This document shows, piece by piece, positions 38,000-51,279 of a stretch of DNA of 64,000 bases. The translations under genes were made by a program, and so were the position numbers. The first letter of the stretch is position 1; each line of letters opens with the position of its first letter. The notes beneath the pieces were generated by a model, which worked only from the letters and a program-made list of their open reading frames with translations, was not told the origin of the DNA and did not search any database. Origin of the DNA: Cycas panzhihuaensis (taxonomy: Eukaryota; Plantae; Cycadophyta); assembly GCA_023213395.1 (NCBI GenBank), contig CM041465.1:123077741-123141740 (forward strand), given 5' to 3'.

Positions 38000-40900
38000 A
38001 CTAAGGCTAAGTTAAAACCTTTCAAATTTGTCATGAGAAAGTGCCTTTATGAAGATGTCTATAATCTAATCATCAATTGGCTTATAGACCAAATCTACTT
38101 CACCATCTTAAACATGCTCCTTAATGAAGTGATGGTGCACCTTGTTGTATTTTATCCTAGCATGGAACATTGGATTCTTAGTTAATTTACGAACACTCTA
38201 ATTATTGCAAAATAGTAGATTAGCTTAAGTTCGCTGATTCTAAGCTTTTCAAGAACCTTTCTAAGCTTGATAGCCTCAACACCTATACTAATAGTGACTT
38301 TATACTCAACTTCAGTTGAAGATAAAGTGACATTAAGCTATTTTTTGCAACACCATGAAATTGAGGCAGAACCTAGGTTAAAGCAGTAGTCTAAGGTTGA
38401 TCTACAATTATCTTTGCATCTAGCCCAATCTATATTTGCATAACCTATCAATAAAGAATTATCCATATGATGGTAGTCATGTCTAAATTAGAGAGTATCC
38501 CAAAGATATCTAAGGATACTCATTGCTATTTTTTAATGTGAAGTCTTGGGCAATGTCATAAACCTTGAGTAGATCCTAATAACATACGTAATATTAGATC
38601 GAGTATGAGTGAGGTAAATTGATTTCCCTATAAGTCGTCTATACAACGTAGGATCTATAGGTTTACCATGCTCATCAATGTCTATTTTTAATCCTATCTC
38701 TATAGGAGTTAGCAATGGTTTATATTCTTCCATCCTAAAATTTTGAAGGATTTCTTTTATATATTTAGGCTATAAGAGGAAGATATTGCCTAGTTGCTAT
38801 TAAACTTTCATTCTAAGAAAGTAATAAAGCAACTTAAGGTTAGTCATCACAAAATTGTTGTTTAGTTCTCCTTTGAGATATATAATCTACTTTATGTCAT
38901 TATTAGTTATTAATAAATCATTAATGTAAAGTACAACTAGAGTGATAAAATAATCATAGATTTTGATATATAAATTTGGATTTGAATATGAGTGTATAAG
39001 TCCATGCTTTTGAAAGTATTTATTAATTTTTACATATTAAGCATGGGGTGATTGCTTAAGGCAATAAAGAGTGTTTTTTAACTTGCAAGCTAGGTGTTCT
39101 TTTCTATGAATAACAAAGTTAAGAGGTTGATTTAAATATATTTCCTCCTACAGATCACTATTCAAAAAGGCATTTTTATACCTATTTGATAAGTAGGCCA
39201 ATTAAATTGAGCTACTAGAGCCAAAATAAGCCTAATAGTGGTTATGTTGGAACTTGTGTAAATGTGTAATCATAGTCAACACATTCAATCTATTTAAGAC
39301 CTTTGGCAACCAAACATACTTTATACCACTGAATGGAGCCATCCACATGAAATTTTATTTTATATATCCATCTACAATCAGTAGGCTTCTTTCCTTTAGG
39401 TAGCTCAACTAACTCCCATATATCATTTTATAAAATATAGTTTATCTCTTCGTTCATAGTTACTTGCCACTTTTGATCTACATCTTCTTCAAAAGTGGTT
39501 ATTTGAGGAGTTGATAACATTTTTGCCATTAGGGTAAAGTTGATATATAACTTATATTTAGATTACCTCTTTATTTGTTATGGTGGTAAAGGAGCAGAAG
39601 AGATTGTTTGTAAAGACCATTTAGGAAGCTACTTTGAAGTAGCTTTATCTTAGTTGTTTTTTATAGGACTAATTGAAGTAGATATTGATGTAGAGACATG
39701 CAGTACAAATAATATACCAAGAGTATATGATAATGAAGGAGGCAATTGTTTAACAAGAACATTTTGAGAAGGAGGAGGAGTAGTTGGTGCTTCTTTAGAT
39801 TGATCATTAGAAAATGAGATTTAAGTGATATCCAAGTCCTATTTCTCTTATGAAAATATGACACCTTGAGATATGTATATTTACTTAGTGGTATGATCAT
39901 ATAATTTATATGCTTCGTTGATAACCAATAAAGATATATTTCTTTCTTTTATCATCTAACCTTTTTCTTTATTCTTTCGATAAGGACATATATGTTATAT
40001 AACCAAAAGTGTGCAAATATAAGACCATGGGCTCTTGATCTGACCAAGCCTCATCGAGAATAATATTTAGTACTACCTTAGTTAGACTTTAATTTATAAG
40101 ATAAGTAAATGTATTAAGGGCTTCAACCTGGAATTAAAGTCCTAAATTCTTAGTGGCAAGCATGCCTTTGCCTTTACTAAGCAAGTTCTAATTCATTCTC
40201 TCAGTAACTCTATTTTATTTAGGTGTATAAGAGGTAGAAAATTGTTATTTAATACCATTATCCTTACAAAATTAGGTGGATTTATTTCATGTATATTCAC
40301 CTCCATTACCATAATAAAAGATTTTAATTAGCTTTCTAAATTTTAGTTTAGTGCCATGCTTAAATTATTTGAATTTATTAAATGCTTTTGACTTATGCTT
40401 TAAAAAATAGACCTAAATTTTTTTAGAATAATCATTAATGAATGTAATAAAATATTGATAGCCTCTAAAGGATGTGTGTGACATGGGTCCATAAATATTT
40501 GAATGTACTGGGCCTAAAGGTCTCTTGGTATACTAAGCTCTTCCATCTAACTTAAATGGAGCATGATGATATTTACTCCTAACATAAGCCTTACAAATAT
40601 ATTTTGTCTACTTTATATTATATATATCATGCACCATATTTATTTATAAAGTAGATGGAGGTTATTCATGTTTAAATGACCTAGGCATTGATGCCATAAT
40701 TGGTCTTTTGAGAGTCTTTATAAAATAAATATTTTTGAAGCAAGTTGTTCACATGTATTTAGTTGAAACAAAAGTATCAGAAGTAGAAACTAAGTTACTA
40801 TAAGAACCAGATTCATGTGATAAGATTAAAGGTCTAGTTACTATACCAAGCTTATATAATCCCTGATCTTCATATCCTGAGGTAATTAGGTTGCCATTTA

Positions 40901-42142
40901 TATTTATAATTAGGAATTTTTAAAGATAACTAAATAAAACATCAAAGTTTTGCTTATTTATCTAGCTAACAGATAATAGGTCATGTGTCATGTTAGGTAT
41001 ATAACAAATATTATTAAGATGATGTGGAGTATTCCAATTCTTTAATGAAATAGAGACATTGTTAATCTTGGCAACCTCTAAAATAACATCATCTCTAAAA
41101 GTAACTAATTGGTCCTACACAAGTCCTATATCTGTAAGAAGTTCTTTAGAACTCATCATATGTCAAGAGGTACCTAAATTGATCAACCGCAATATATTAA
41201 AATGTTGAGTTATTAATGTGATAAAGAAGAGATTTTATGAGTTAACTATGTAGCGACCTTGATTCTAATTCTGTCTTTGGTTGTGATTCATATTGTACTA
41301 GTTGCCTTAAGGAGCATTTTGATTTTATCTCCTTGATCCTTGATAGTTAGTTTGATTTTGCCTTTGTGGTCCTTGGTAATTACCGCATCCATAATTCTGA
41401 TTACCTCGCATGGTAGGGTGCTTCCAAAATTGTTGTTGTTGAAGGCCATCTCTCTTTTTCTTATAATCAAGTGTAATATATCTAGGTTTGCCATAGTAGT
41501 AACAAATAACCTAAGTAGTATATAGTGGTTGAGCCTAACATTAATAGTATGGCTATTGGTTCAAATTCATTGAACAACATTATTAGGTCAAATGTAGATG
41601 TTGTTATCTTCCTCTATGATGGGGTGTAAATACTGTTATAGAAAAGGAGGCACTTGGATTCTCTGATCTATTTAGAATGTATTCCTTTTAAAGTAGTAGA
41701 CCCTCAAATATGTTAAAGTCAATAACAACAAGTCAATCTATATGAGATAGATAAGATATAAGGGAATTATATCTAAGTGGTAAAACATTTACTATATAGG
41801 ACATGAGATCACTATCATCTAGTGGCTGATCTAAAATTGCTAACTGATTCTTAATCATTTTGATCTAAGTCAAGTGGGTTGCAATAGATTGTGTAAATGG
41901 AGTAGACTAGAGTTGGGCTTTAATCATAATGGCCCTGGTATTATCTTTCCTCTCATATAGTGTACAAATTACATTCCGAGCATCAACAAAGGTAAAGACT
42001 TGTTTAATGTTTTGATCAACATTATCTTCATAGGACAAATGTAAAAAGAAAAGGGCAACTTCATCAAATTATGTAAAGGTAGTTACAATATTAGGATTAG
42101 GAGGAATGACAATGTGAGGATTATTAGGATTTTGGGTGGTAA
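38000..42142 (-). pseudogene. Copia 2 gag-pol, heavily decayed; the gag 5' end probably continues after 46523
   Basis: DPTLYRRLIG..THTR (38533-38733); ISWCCKK..LSSTEVEY (RNase H); VHSNIYGPM..FINDYS (INT, ~40430-40510); LINLGTS*HM (PR, ~41160-41190). Confidence 0.88.
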
Positions 42143-42899
42143 TAAAAGAATGATGGATCTAGGAAATAAATCACTCGCATGCACACAATGGCAATGGAGA
42201 ATGAAAAAGAGATGAAACAAGATATGAGAGCAAGCTTGGAGGTGAGAATGAATAATTACTTACTCCTTGAGATTTTGCCTTTTATTATTGAGGGTGAGCA
42301 TTAGGGTTAGGATTTTCCCGCCTGATGACATGAACCCAAAATTACATCTAAATATACTTAAAGTGTATTTCATTAAGAAACTAATGCTAATCAATATATC
42401 CTAAGGTCATATAATTAATCTACATAAATGAACTTAATACATTAACCTCTTTCAATCCCTCCTTTAATGGTGGAAGGTTATTTTTGAGAAAATCTATTCT
42501 ATGAGGTCTTCATTTGAGCCTCATTATTACATTGAAATTCTAAATGACACTTTTGTAGGAAAACCCTTATGGGAAATAAAAACCTATGGACTTTCTAAGA
42601 TTTATATCCCTTTTATAAATCAAAATGGCTAAGGTGGCTCTTTAATGTAGTGTGATAGCCAAGCAACTTAAATGTGTAGCTTAATCTGCCAAGTCTCTAT
42701 ATACCGTTTGGTCATCCCTTATGCCCTTTTGGGTTTTCATAGGTTCCGATTTTCTAAAACTAATACAACCCTTATCCTTTCATGCCCACATGGGATTTTC
42801 ACAAATAACATAAAGGAAATACTTACTCTTATTCTTCCACACCCACAAGGGGTTTTCACGAAGAAAATAAAGTATGATGATCCTATTGACATCTTCTTT

Positions 42900-45800
42900 G
42901 ATCAGTCGAAAATGGAGGCCCTAAAGCCAAGCTGCCTTTAGAACTATTCAAACTTTACCTTTTCCAACTGTTTGGTGAAGATATTAGCCACTTGATCTAT
43001 TGTAGGGCAGTATTCCAGTTGAATTATGATGTCATAAATAAGTTCTCTAATCCTATAGAGTTTCATACTTATGTATTTGGTACGATTGTAAAATATAGGA
43101 TTTTTCACAATGTAGATTACTGATTGATTATCTACATGAAGACACGTAGGACTTATTTGGGTGATATTCAATGTTTCTAATAATTTTCTCAGCCATATCA
43201 CCTCTTTAATGGTCTTAGAAGCAACAATGTATTCAGCTTCAGCAATTGAATCTGCAACTATCTTCTGTCGTTTGGATCTCCATGATATTGGTGTTGTTCT
43301 AAGAAACGTTGTGTACCCAGACATAGATCTTCCTGTATCTTTATCTCCTACAAAGTCTGAGTCTATGTATGTAGAAAGTTTGAAGTCTGAATTAGGTTTA
43401 TACAATAGACCATATTTGTTGGTCATCTTAAGGTATCTCAACACTCGTACTATTCCCTGCCAATGATTCTGCTTAGGATTTGTCATGTAATAAGCAAGAA
43501 TATTGACAGAGTGTGCCATATCTAGCCTTGTATTGGTAGTGTAGATGAGACTATCTACAAGTTTCCTGTAGAGTGTTGTATATGCCTCCCTAGTGTCACC
43601 TTCAACTAAGAGTTTGGAATTAGGGTCCATAGGTAAAATCATTGGTTGAGCATCTTTTAACTGAAACTTTGTTAGAAGATCATTGATGTATTTTTCTTAA
43701 GAGAGGAAATTTGTTCCATTCTTTTATGTTACTTCAATTCCCAAGTAATATTTCATCAAACCAAGGTCAGACAATTTGAACGTTTTACTAAGGTCCTTTT
43801 CACCGGCTTATTGCACATTCCTTTGTTACAGATTACTAGCATGTCGTCCACAAAGATTATGAGATACGTGACTTTACCCTTATGGTGCTTAATGAACAAT
43901 GTTGCATCAATATCTTGTAGTCACAAAGCTCGTATCTAAGTTGCCTCATTTTTTCAGACAACTTCATAAACGAAGCACGAGGGGCTTATTTAAGGTCGTA
44001 CAAGGACTTTCTGAGCATGCAAACCTTATGCTCTTGACCTTCAATCTCATATCCTGCTGGCTAAGCCATGTAAATTTCTTCTTCAAGATCTCCATTGAGA
44101 AATGTGGTCTTAATATCGAGTTGGTGGATTTTCTAACCTTGTTGAGCTGCCAAGGCCACAAGAGTTCTAATTGTAGGCCACTTGGTTATAGGTGCAAAGA
44201 CTTCAGTGTAGTCGATGCCTTCCCTTTGTGTAAATCCTTTATCTACCAATATCTCCTTGTGTTTTTCAGGGGTGCCATCTGATCTATATTTATTTTTGAA
44301 CATTCATTTATTTTGAACTACCTTTCTACCAAGTGGTAGATCAACGAGCTTATATGTTTCGTTCTTGATAAGAGATTGGTTCAATCTCTGTATATAATAA
44401 TTCCTGCATCCTTGCTCTATGGACACTTCAAGTGCCAGTTCTACCCACCTCATATAGTCGTATGTCCTTATTAAGTTAACGGGCTTCTTGAGATCCTCGA
44501 GTTGGGAATGAGGTCCTCATTTCCTCAACTTCTTAGTTCTCATCTTATTTATTAAAATGATTATTTTGTGAGGAGGATGTTAATGTGCTTGAGGAAGATG
44601 GTCCTTCTACTACTATTTTTCTTTTTTTTATTGAAGGTAGAGAGGATGGTTCTTCTATAATGGTTTTACCTTTATTAACTCTATTATCTTCAAAGGATGG
44701 TGCTAGATGTGTATTCAACAGTTCAAAGTTATAATTTGTATCCTCTGAGGCTCTATTGTTAACTTCCAATATTTGGAGTAATTTATGTCTGCCCCCCCCC
44801 CCCCCTCCCAAATTTTGGAATCTGGACATCATACTTGATCACGTGATTATAGCGATGTTAGGGTACTTTGGATTCCAGTTTAAGTAACTAATCCTCTGTC
44901 TCTACAAAAATGACATCTCTGGTAATGAAGATTTTTTATTGTGAAGGTATGAAGACCTTATACCTTTTCTTATCCATAGGATATCCAACAAAGATGCCTT
45001 TAAGTGCCCTTGACTAGAGTTTATTTTGATCTGCATCCAGAATATTGGCATAGCATGCAGAGCCAAAAATTTTGAAGTAATGAATAATGGGGGCTTATCC
45101 TAACCACTTTTCATTAAGTGATTTTACTTCCTTTGATAGGATAATAGCATTGATACAATAAACAGTTATCCAGATAGCTTCAACCCATAGGTAGGCAGGT
45201 ATATTTTTGTATATCAACATAGCCCAAGCCATGTTCATGATTGTCCTGTTCATATGCTCGGCAACTCCATTTTGCTATGGGGTACCTGCTAATATTATTT
45301 GATGCTTGATACCATTATCTCGAAGGTAGCTTTCAAACTCATGTGAGGTATATTCACCACCATTATCAGTTCGAAGACATTTGAGTTGATAACTTGACTC
45401 TTTTTCACTAAGGGTTTTGAATTCTTTGAATACATAGAAGGCTTCATCTTTCTTATGTAGAAAAGCTACCCATACGTTTCTAGTGAAATCATCAATGAAA
45501 GAGATGTAATATAATTTGCCCTTCAGTGAAGGAATGGGCATTGGCCCACACAAATCAGAGTGTACCACTTGTAATGGATGGCTTGATTTCTACTGACTTT
45601 TGGGAAAGGATTGTCAATGAGATTTGGCAATGATACAAGCTTTACATTTAAAGGGCTTAGAGGAGAACTTTGGAAGATTTGGAAGAGTGTTAGAAAGATC
45701 TCTAAGTCTATCAATGTGAACATGGCCCATGCGAGCATACCAAAGAGCTTCTGGTAACAATGTTGGATGGGTCAAGATGGAATTAAATGTAAATTCTTCA

Positions 45801-45970
45801 TCAACACAAGGGATTGGGGCATAATGGGCTTTAGAAGATGGAAAACCATTTAGTCAAAAGAGTTTGCTAGAGAGATGTGCTATCAAAATCACTTAATCAG
45901 TTAGAGGGTGAATAACCTGGAGAGTCTGGTCATTTACGGTTACACTCAGATCAAATCCATGAGATACCAC
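42900..45970 (-). pseudogene. Copia 3 partial pol (PR C-terminus, INT, RT, RNase H)
   Basis: VHSDLCGPM..FIDDFTR..LRTDNGGEY (45275-45568) and the RT/RNase H ORF 42944-43642. Collinear with copia 1 at 30620-33715. Confidence 0.94.
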
Positions 45971-45971
45971 T

Positions 45972-46210
45972 TGTCACAGGTTGTTGTTACACTAAAAGCC
46001 CCAAGGTGATTTTGGAAAGAGGACTTCCTTGTGATAGTTAACGTCACATGCTCCAACACTCCCTCGTCATGATGAGTTGATTGTACCTACACGGCATGCA
46101 TGTCTACCATAGCGTTCCTTGGTACCACCTGAAAACACCTTCACGTATCTCTGAGTGCACTATCGTGGTACACAGGACCAGTTTTGAACCCTGGCCACTC
46201 TGATACCACT
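45972..46210 (-). mobile_element. Single TRIM-like unit: PBS + ~140-bp internal region + PPT + 87-bp mini-LTR
   Basis: On the minus strand: tggtatcagagt, ggccagggttcaaaactggtcc hairpin, PPT acgagggag, then LTR tgttggag...gtgaca (46058-45972), followed by agtggtatc. Confidence 0.75.
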
Positions 46211-49072
46211 TGAAGGAAGGATGGATCTAGGGAATATATCATTTAAATGAACACAATGACAATGGAGAATGAAAAAGATATGAAACAAAATATGAGAACA
46301 AGCTTAGAGGTGAGAATGAATAATTACTCCCTCCTTGAGATTTCACCTTTTATTATTGAGGGTGAGTATTAGGACTAGGATTTTCCCGCTTAATGACATG
46401 AACCTAAAATTATATCTAAATGCATATAAAGTGTATTTCATTAAGAGACTAATACTAATCAATATATATTAAGGTCGAATAAGTAATCTACACAAATGAC
46501 CTTAATACATTGATCTCTTTCAGGTAATTAGTATAAGAATTTTCCAGAAACATATGGCTATAGTTTATTCATTATTAGAATTTTCTTGACTTATTTCTTT
46601 TAAGCTAATACATTATCACTACAAAAAAGTTTAATTGTATTGGTTACAACTATTTAAAGTACCATAATGTCTATGATATGTATCATATCTACCTAAAAAG
46701 GTATGTTAATCTAGTATTTATATCTTAGTGTCTCCTTTCTCAATAGCCCTTAGTACTTAAGATAATCTTGTATGATAACATACCTACTCATAAGTGGTAA
46801 CTCGGGGACCCAATATACCCAAAGGTACGTGGGAACTATAGAAGGCTCAACTGCCTCCTCCACACCATTGACCCACCTATGACAAATTTATAGCCTGGAT
46901 GCTAGATCCTCATCCAAGGGGACACTTAATGACTAAGTCACTCACCTCCTCTAGGTCTAGCCTAGTTTTTAAACTCCAAGGTTTTTTTAATATAGCACCC
47001 TAGCCTACTACTCAATACACCTAATAGATAATGTTTGTCTATATTATCTATAAAATTCGAGAAAGCTCACTAACATATGCAGAGTGGTAACTTCAAGGGT
47101 GTTAATCGTTTCCCTTGCAAGGCTGGTAACACAATTTAATTTTTGTGTTATCCTTTTAATATTTCAAAATTTTAAAATAATTTTTTATGCTTAAAATATT
47201 AAAATTTTATATTTTTAATTAATATAAAAAAATTCTTTAAAAAAACTACCTAAAGCTTATTGAAAAATAGGCTTAAAATACTAAAAAATAATAAAATAAC
47301 TAACTTTAGATTAGGGTCCTTTATCTAAAAAAGAATATTTTAAGAATATTCTAATTAATATAACTTAAAGTTTCTAAACTTTATAAATAAAATAAAATAA
47401 AATATGGGGTTTGAAAAAATGGCCAAATAGGTGTGGATGTAGTGGTCCAGATCTCTTTACTATAGCAATGGAATTTTGATCTATTGCATTCAATGAGAGG
47501 ATGATGTAGCCAGAATTAAAACAAGTTGTCATATACTTGAGTTTCATCAATTATATAGAGCCTAGTTGTGAATTGAAGTCTATAAATTTACCCAAATCCT
47601 TCTTTAAAATTCAATCAATCAATCTCATAGAAAATAACTATATACACCTCTGTTAGAGCACTAATTAGATGCAAGATTTTATTACTAGTAGTCTATGCTT
47701 CTTAGTTGCCTTAATTTCATACGGTTGCCTCTATTCCTATCGATTATTTTCTTATGCCTCCTTTATATAACGATATAGCCTAATTGAGAGTGATTTAGAT
47801 TGTAAAATATGCTAATCCTTTAAAAGATAAGCTTATGTGGCTTCGATCCTAACCTCAAACTAAATCTAGTAGTTAAATACTACTTCAAATTAGGAATAAT
47901 CTCCACTCCTTTCAATACCTCAACATCAATAATTTTTTTATCTTCCTTTTTCTCTGGATGTAAGCTCTTAGTCTCCTTGACTATGAATTTGTAGACCTCA
48001 ATGATGCTCATGTCAAACTTGGTATAAGTGATAATAACACAAGTATGATTGAATCTGTTGATAGGAATGCTATTCAACTTGAAGGGATGCATAATAAGCA
48101 AAAAACCAAAGTCCAACTGCTTAAGGAAAAGAAAAAAAATATTCATATTCCCTTAAAATGTCCTATAAGAAGAATCAAAATAGTTCTAGGGATTATGCTT
48201 GAATGGGGCTTGGGAATGTTTATGGCAAGATAGAACTTAGAAGGCTTCTCCATATCCTTGGATGTATACAAATATGGCAAGATAAAGCTTGGAGATTAGC
48301 TAGATGATGTCTACATACCCTTTATTGGATATTAGCATTATATTAAAACTACGAATACAACACTGCAACCAACAAATGAAAGGAGTCAAACATAATTACA
48401 AAGGCAATATTGCATAGAGAATAATATATTTTATATCTTTGTAAAGGCAACATAACAAAGTGAAAAAGCTATGGAGAGAGTACACTAGGTACGAGTATAT
48501 GACATTAGTTGAAGAAATAGGCTAAAGACTACATGACAATAGGGAATACCTTAGGTTAACTAGGAATAGAAGTGTGGCAATGAATGCCTCTTAAGGGCTA
48601 ATATTACTAACCGCTCTGATACCAAAGTGAAGGCTAAGAATTAGTCTTAACATTAGCTTAGGTTCAAATCCCACAAATAAATAAATAACATGCGACAATA
48701 AAAGATGGAGAGTGAATTACTCAAAACTCTAATGCAGTGATAACTTTTTATTAATTACCAAAAAGATCATATATTACATTACATGTAATGCCTCATATGT
48801 AGAGTTACATAAAGCATGAAAGAATAATAAATGGTTAATTATGCAAGGTGACATTTGGCACCTTGCATGACTAAACCAAATCTACGTTATTACAATGTTT
48901 TGAGTAAAATACACCCCACATACATAGGCTTACAACTTAAGTTATCACTTAACCCTTTCATGAATACAATACCCTCAACATAAAATAATAAAATAACTTT
49001 ATAATATATTATAAATGTATATTATAATGAATCAGCTAAGAATCAATGAATTTAACATTAATTCTTCCATCA

Positions 49073-51091
49073 AAAGGCACAATCATAGTACCCTTTTTGC
49101 ACTTTTGTAAATAAACTATCAAGATTAAACTTATGTAAATTAGGTTGTGAGATTGTAAAATAAAGGATTTTCAAGGGAGAAATTTTGATTTTTGAGCTCC
49201 TTAGAAATTACTATAATATGCTTGTCTAATGTTACATTTGACTTATTCTAGTTGTATTGGAATCTTGTTGAGAGATCTACATTTCTATGTAAAAATGATG
49301 AATTAACCATACCAATGAGAAGCACTTATTTTTCCTAAAGTATTGATAGTATGGTAAGGTAGAGAAAAAATATAACTAATAAACTCTCACAAACTCACTT
49401 AGAACATTCTCATCAACTAATAAAATGACATTAAATGAGACTTATAGGCTACCTATCAAAAGCATATATATGCCAAGATGAGAAGGGTGATCTAAAATGG
49501 TTCTATACTTTGATAACTTGGACAAGAAGATGGAGGGAAGTTATTATAATTATAATACCTACAAACAATATTACAACCACTAAAGCACATATCCATCCAC
49601 TAAGACTTGATGGTATTAATAATAATAAAGTGGCTCACTATAAGAAGGAGATTTAGTCAGATAAGGAGGAGGAAAATGAAAATATTTTGGCTTGCTTATC
49701 CTATAGGAGAAGGGATTTTGGAGAGTTGTGAAAGTACAAAGGTTGAACAAAGGTATTGAGAAGCTTAAGAGCAACCAAATATCTTTGGAAAGCTTGGACT
49801 AAGTCTCCAAGCCTACTTTTTATAGGTATGATGAAGGGAAAACATTTGAATCTCTTATTGGAGTTTTTATAAATTTTCCATGGTTGAATTTCATAGGAAA
49901 TTTAACATGAGTATGTTAAGTAAAATTATACCCTATGAGACGTGTTCCAAAGTAGACAATTCATCACATGTTAGGTTCTCTTAAAGATTATTATCATCCC
50001 ATGTAAGGGGTTAGTTTGGTAAGTGAAATGAATATATGTATCTATTATTGTATAATCTTATTAGACTATTTTAAAGGTATTAAATTTTAGTTGGTATAAG
50101 GAATTTGGGTTGAGTGAGTTCCTTTTCCTTAAAGATTAAGCAATTACCCTCTATATTATAAAAGGAATTTGGGTTGAAACTCTTATTTCCTCCAAGATTA
50201 TGATAATAAGTTAGGTTGAGGGAGTGCACTTTCCTCTAAGATTGTGATAGGAAGTTGGGTTGAGTGACTCTCCTTTTTTATGAGGGCTGAAAAAGTCCCC
50301 TTGAGAGTTATGTGAGTCCCCCCTTGTTCTTATTCTTGTATGTATGAGTAATGGTTATAGGTTATGGATTCATAACCTCAATATTAGTGAGTGCTAGTAT
50401 GGTATAAAACACACAACCTCATTATGGTGAGAGCTAATGATTATACATGTAGGGTTATGAGTCATATATTACATGGTATAGGATACACAGGTCACAAAAA
50501 AAGATAGTCTAATGAGATTGATTTGATAGTGAACCATATATAGTATGGCATTTCTAGTTTTTATTGTGGAAATTGAGTGTTGTGGGAAAGCTCAAATATA
50601 TTTTAGTAGTGTTTATTTATAAATTTATGACCAAAGAAGTAATTTAGGTAATATTTGAGTTTGAAAGCATAATGATATACTAATACTCTAGCATTCATAT
50701 TATGCACTCCAGTTCAAGGTAGACTTCCTCCTCAGGAATTAATTTGAGTGGTAAATTTGCCTAAGTAATCTAGTTAGTTCCCTTTATAATTAAGTTATAT
50801 GAATGACATCTTAATAATGATATTGATGATTATTTTGCTTTAGCTCTTATACCCTTCTTAGTGATATTAATATTAAGAGTATGTTTTTAGTACATTTATA
50901 AGGAACCCTTCTTCTCTTAAACTAGTTGTATCTTTTAAGCAAATATTTTCCATTATGTATATATATAATGCTCCATTCTAAGCTTCTGTAGTTTAAGTAG
51001 TATAGCTGGTGTTGGCTTGGTTAGTTAACTTAATTAAGTTATAACTAAGTCGGGTCACAACAAACCCTAGTTTAGGGATGGAGCCATGATA
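49073..51091 (+). repeat. Tekay-like 5' LTR, last part
   Basis: 49073-50120 aligns with 57172-58225. It ends ccatgata just before the PBS and contains about 4 copies of aggaatttgggttgag..aagatt at 50099-50275. Confidence 0.88.
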
Positions 51092-51094
51092 GGG

Positions 51095-51106
51095 TGGTAT
51101 TAAAGC
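51095..51106 (+). promoter_or_regulatory. Primer-binding site (tRNA-iMet type, degenerate)
   Basis: tggtattaaagc versus consensus tggtatcagagc. Confidence 0.8.
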
Positions 51107-51279
51107 TTCAATGTAGAAGTTTATAAAGGGATTGTTAGAGCCTTAAAGTTGAAGCATATATGATCAATAAAGAACTTGCTAGAAGATCATATTGGACTCA
51201 ATCACATTAGTAGAATATTAATTAACCTTAAAAGGATCATATTCAAATTAATAAGAGACATCATGAGGATAGGAAGAAT

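Larger units (their letters stand above)
42143..46522 (-). mobile_element. Ty1/copia element 3 (related to copia 1), gag-less chimera, TSD GGTAA
   Basis: 312-bp LTRs at 42143-42454 and 46211-46522 (about 41 mismatches); TSD ggtaa at 42138-42142 and 46523-46527; PBS reverse complement at 46197-46208; PPT from 42455. Confidence 0.96.
37582..49072 (-). mobile_element. Complete Ty1/copia element 2 (older), TSD AAAGG, contains copia 3
   Basis: LTRs at 37582-37966 (about 65 bp shorter near its end) and 48628-49072; TSD aaagg at 37577-37581 and 49073-49077; PBS reverse complement at 48613-48624; PPT reverse complement ccctcctttaa from 37967. Confidence 0.94.

Noticed and set aside
45972-46058. Cassandra/5S rRNA similarity (ggaagtcctc on the minus strand)
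   Set aside because: Only a 10-bp match, with no recognisable A-box, intermediate element or C-box.
46170-46200. tRNA gene suggested by the GGTTCAAA hairpin
   Set aside because: No cloverleaf. It lies directly after a PBS, as in TRIM internal regions.
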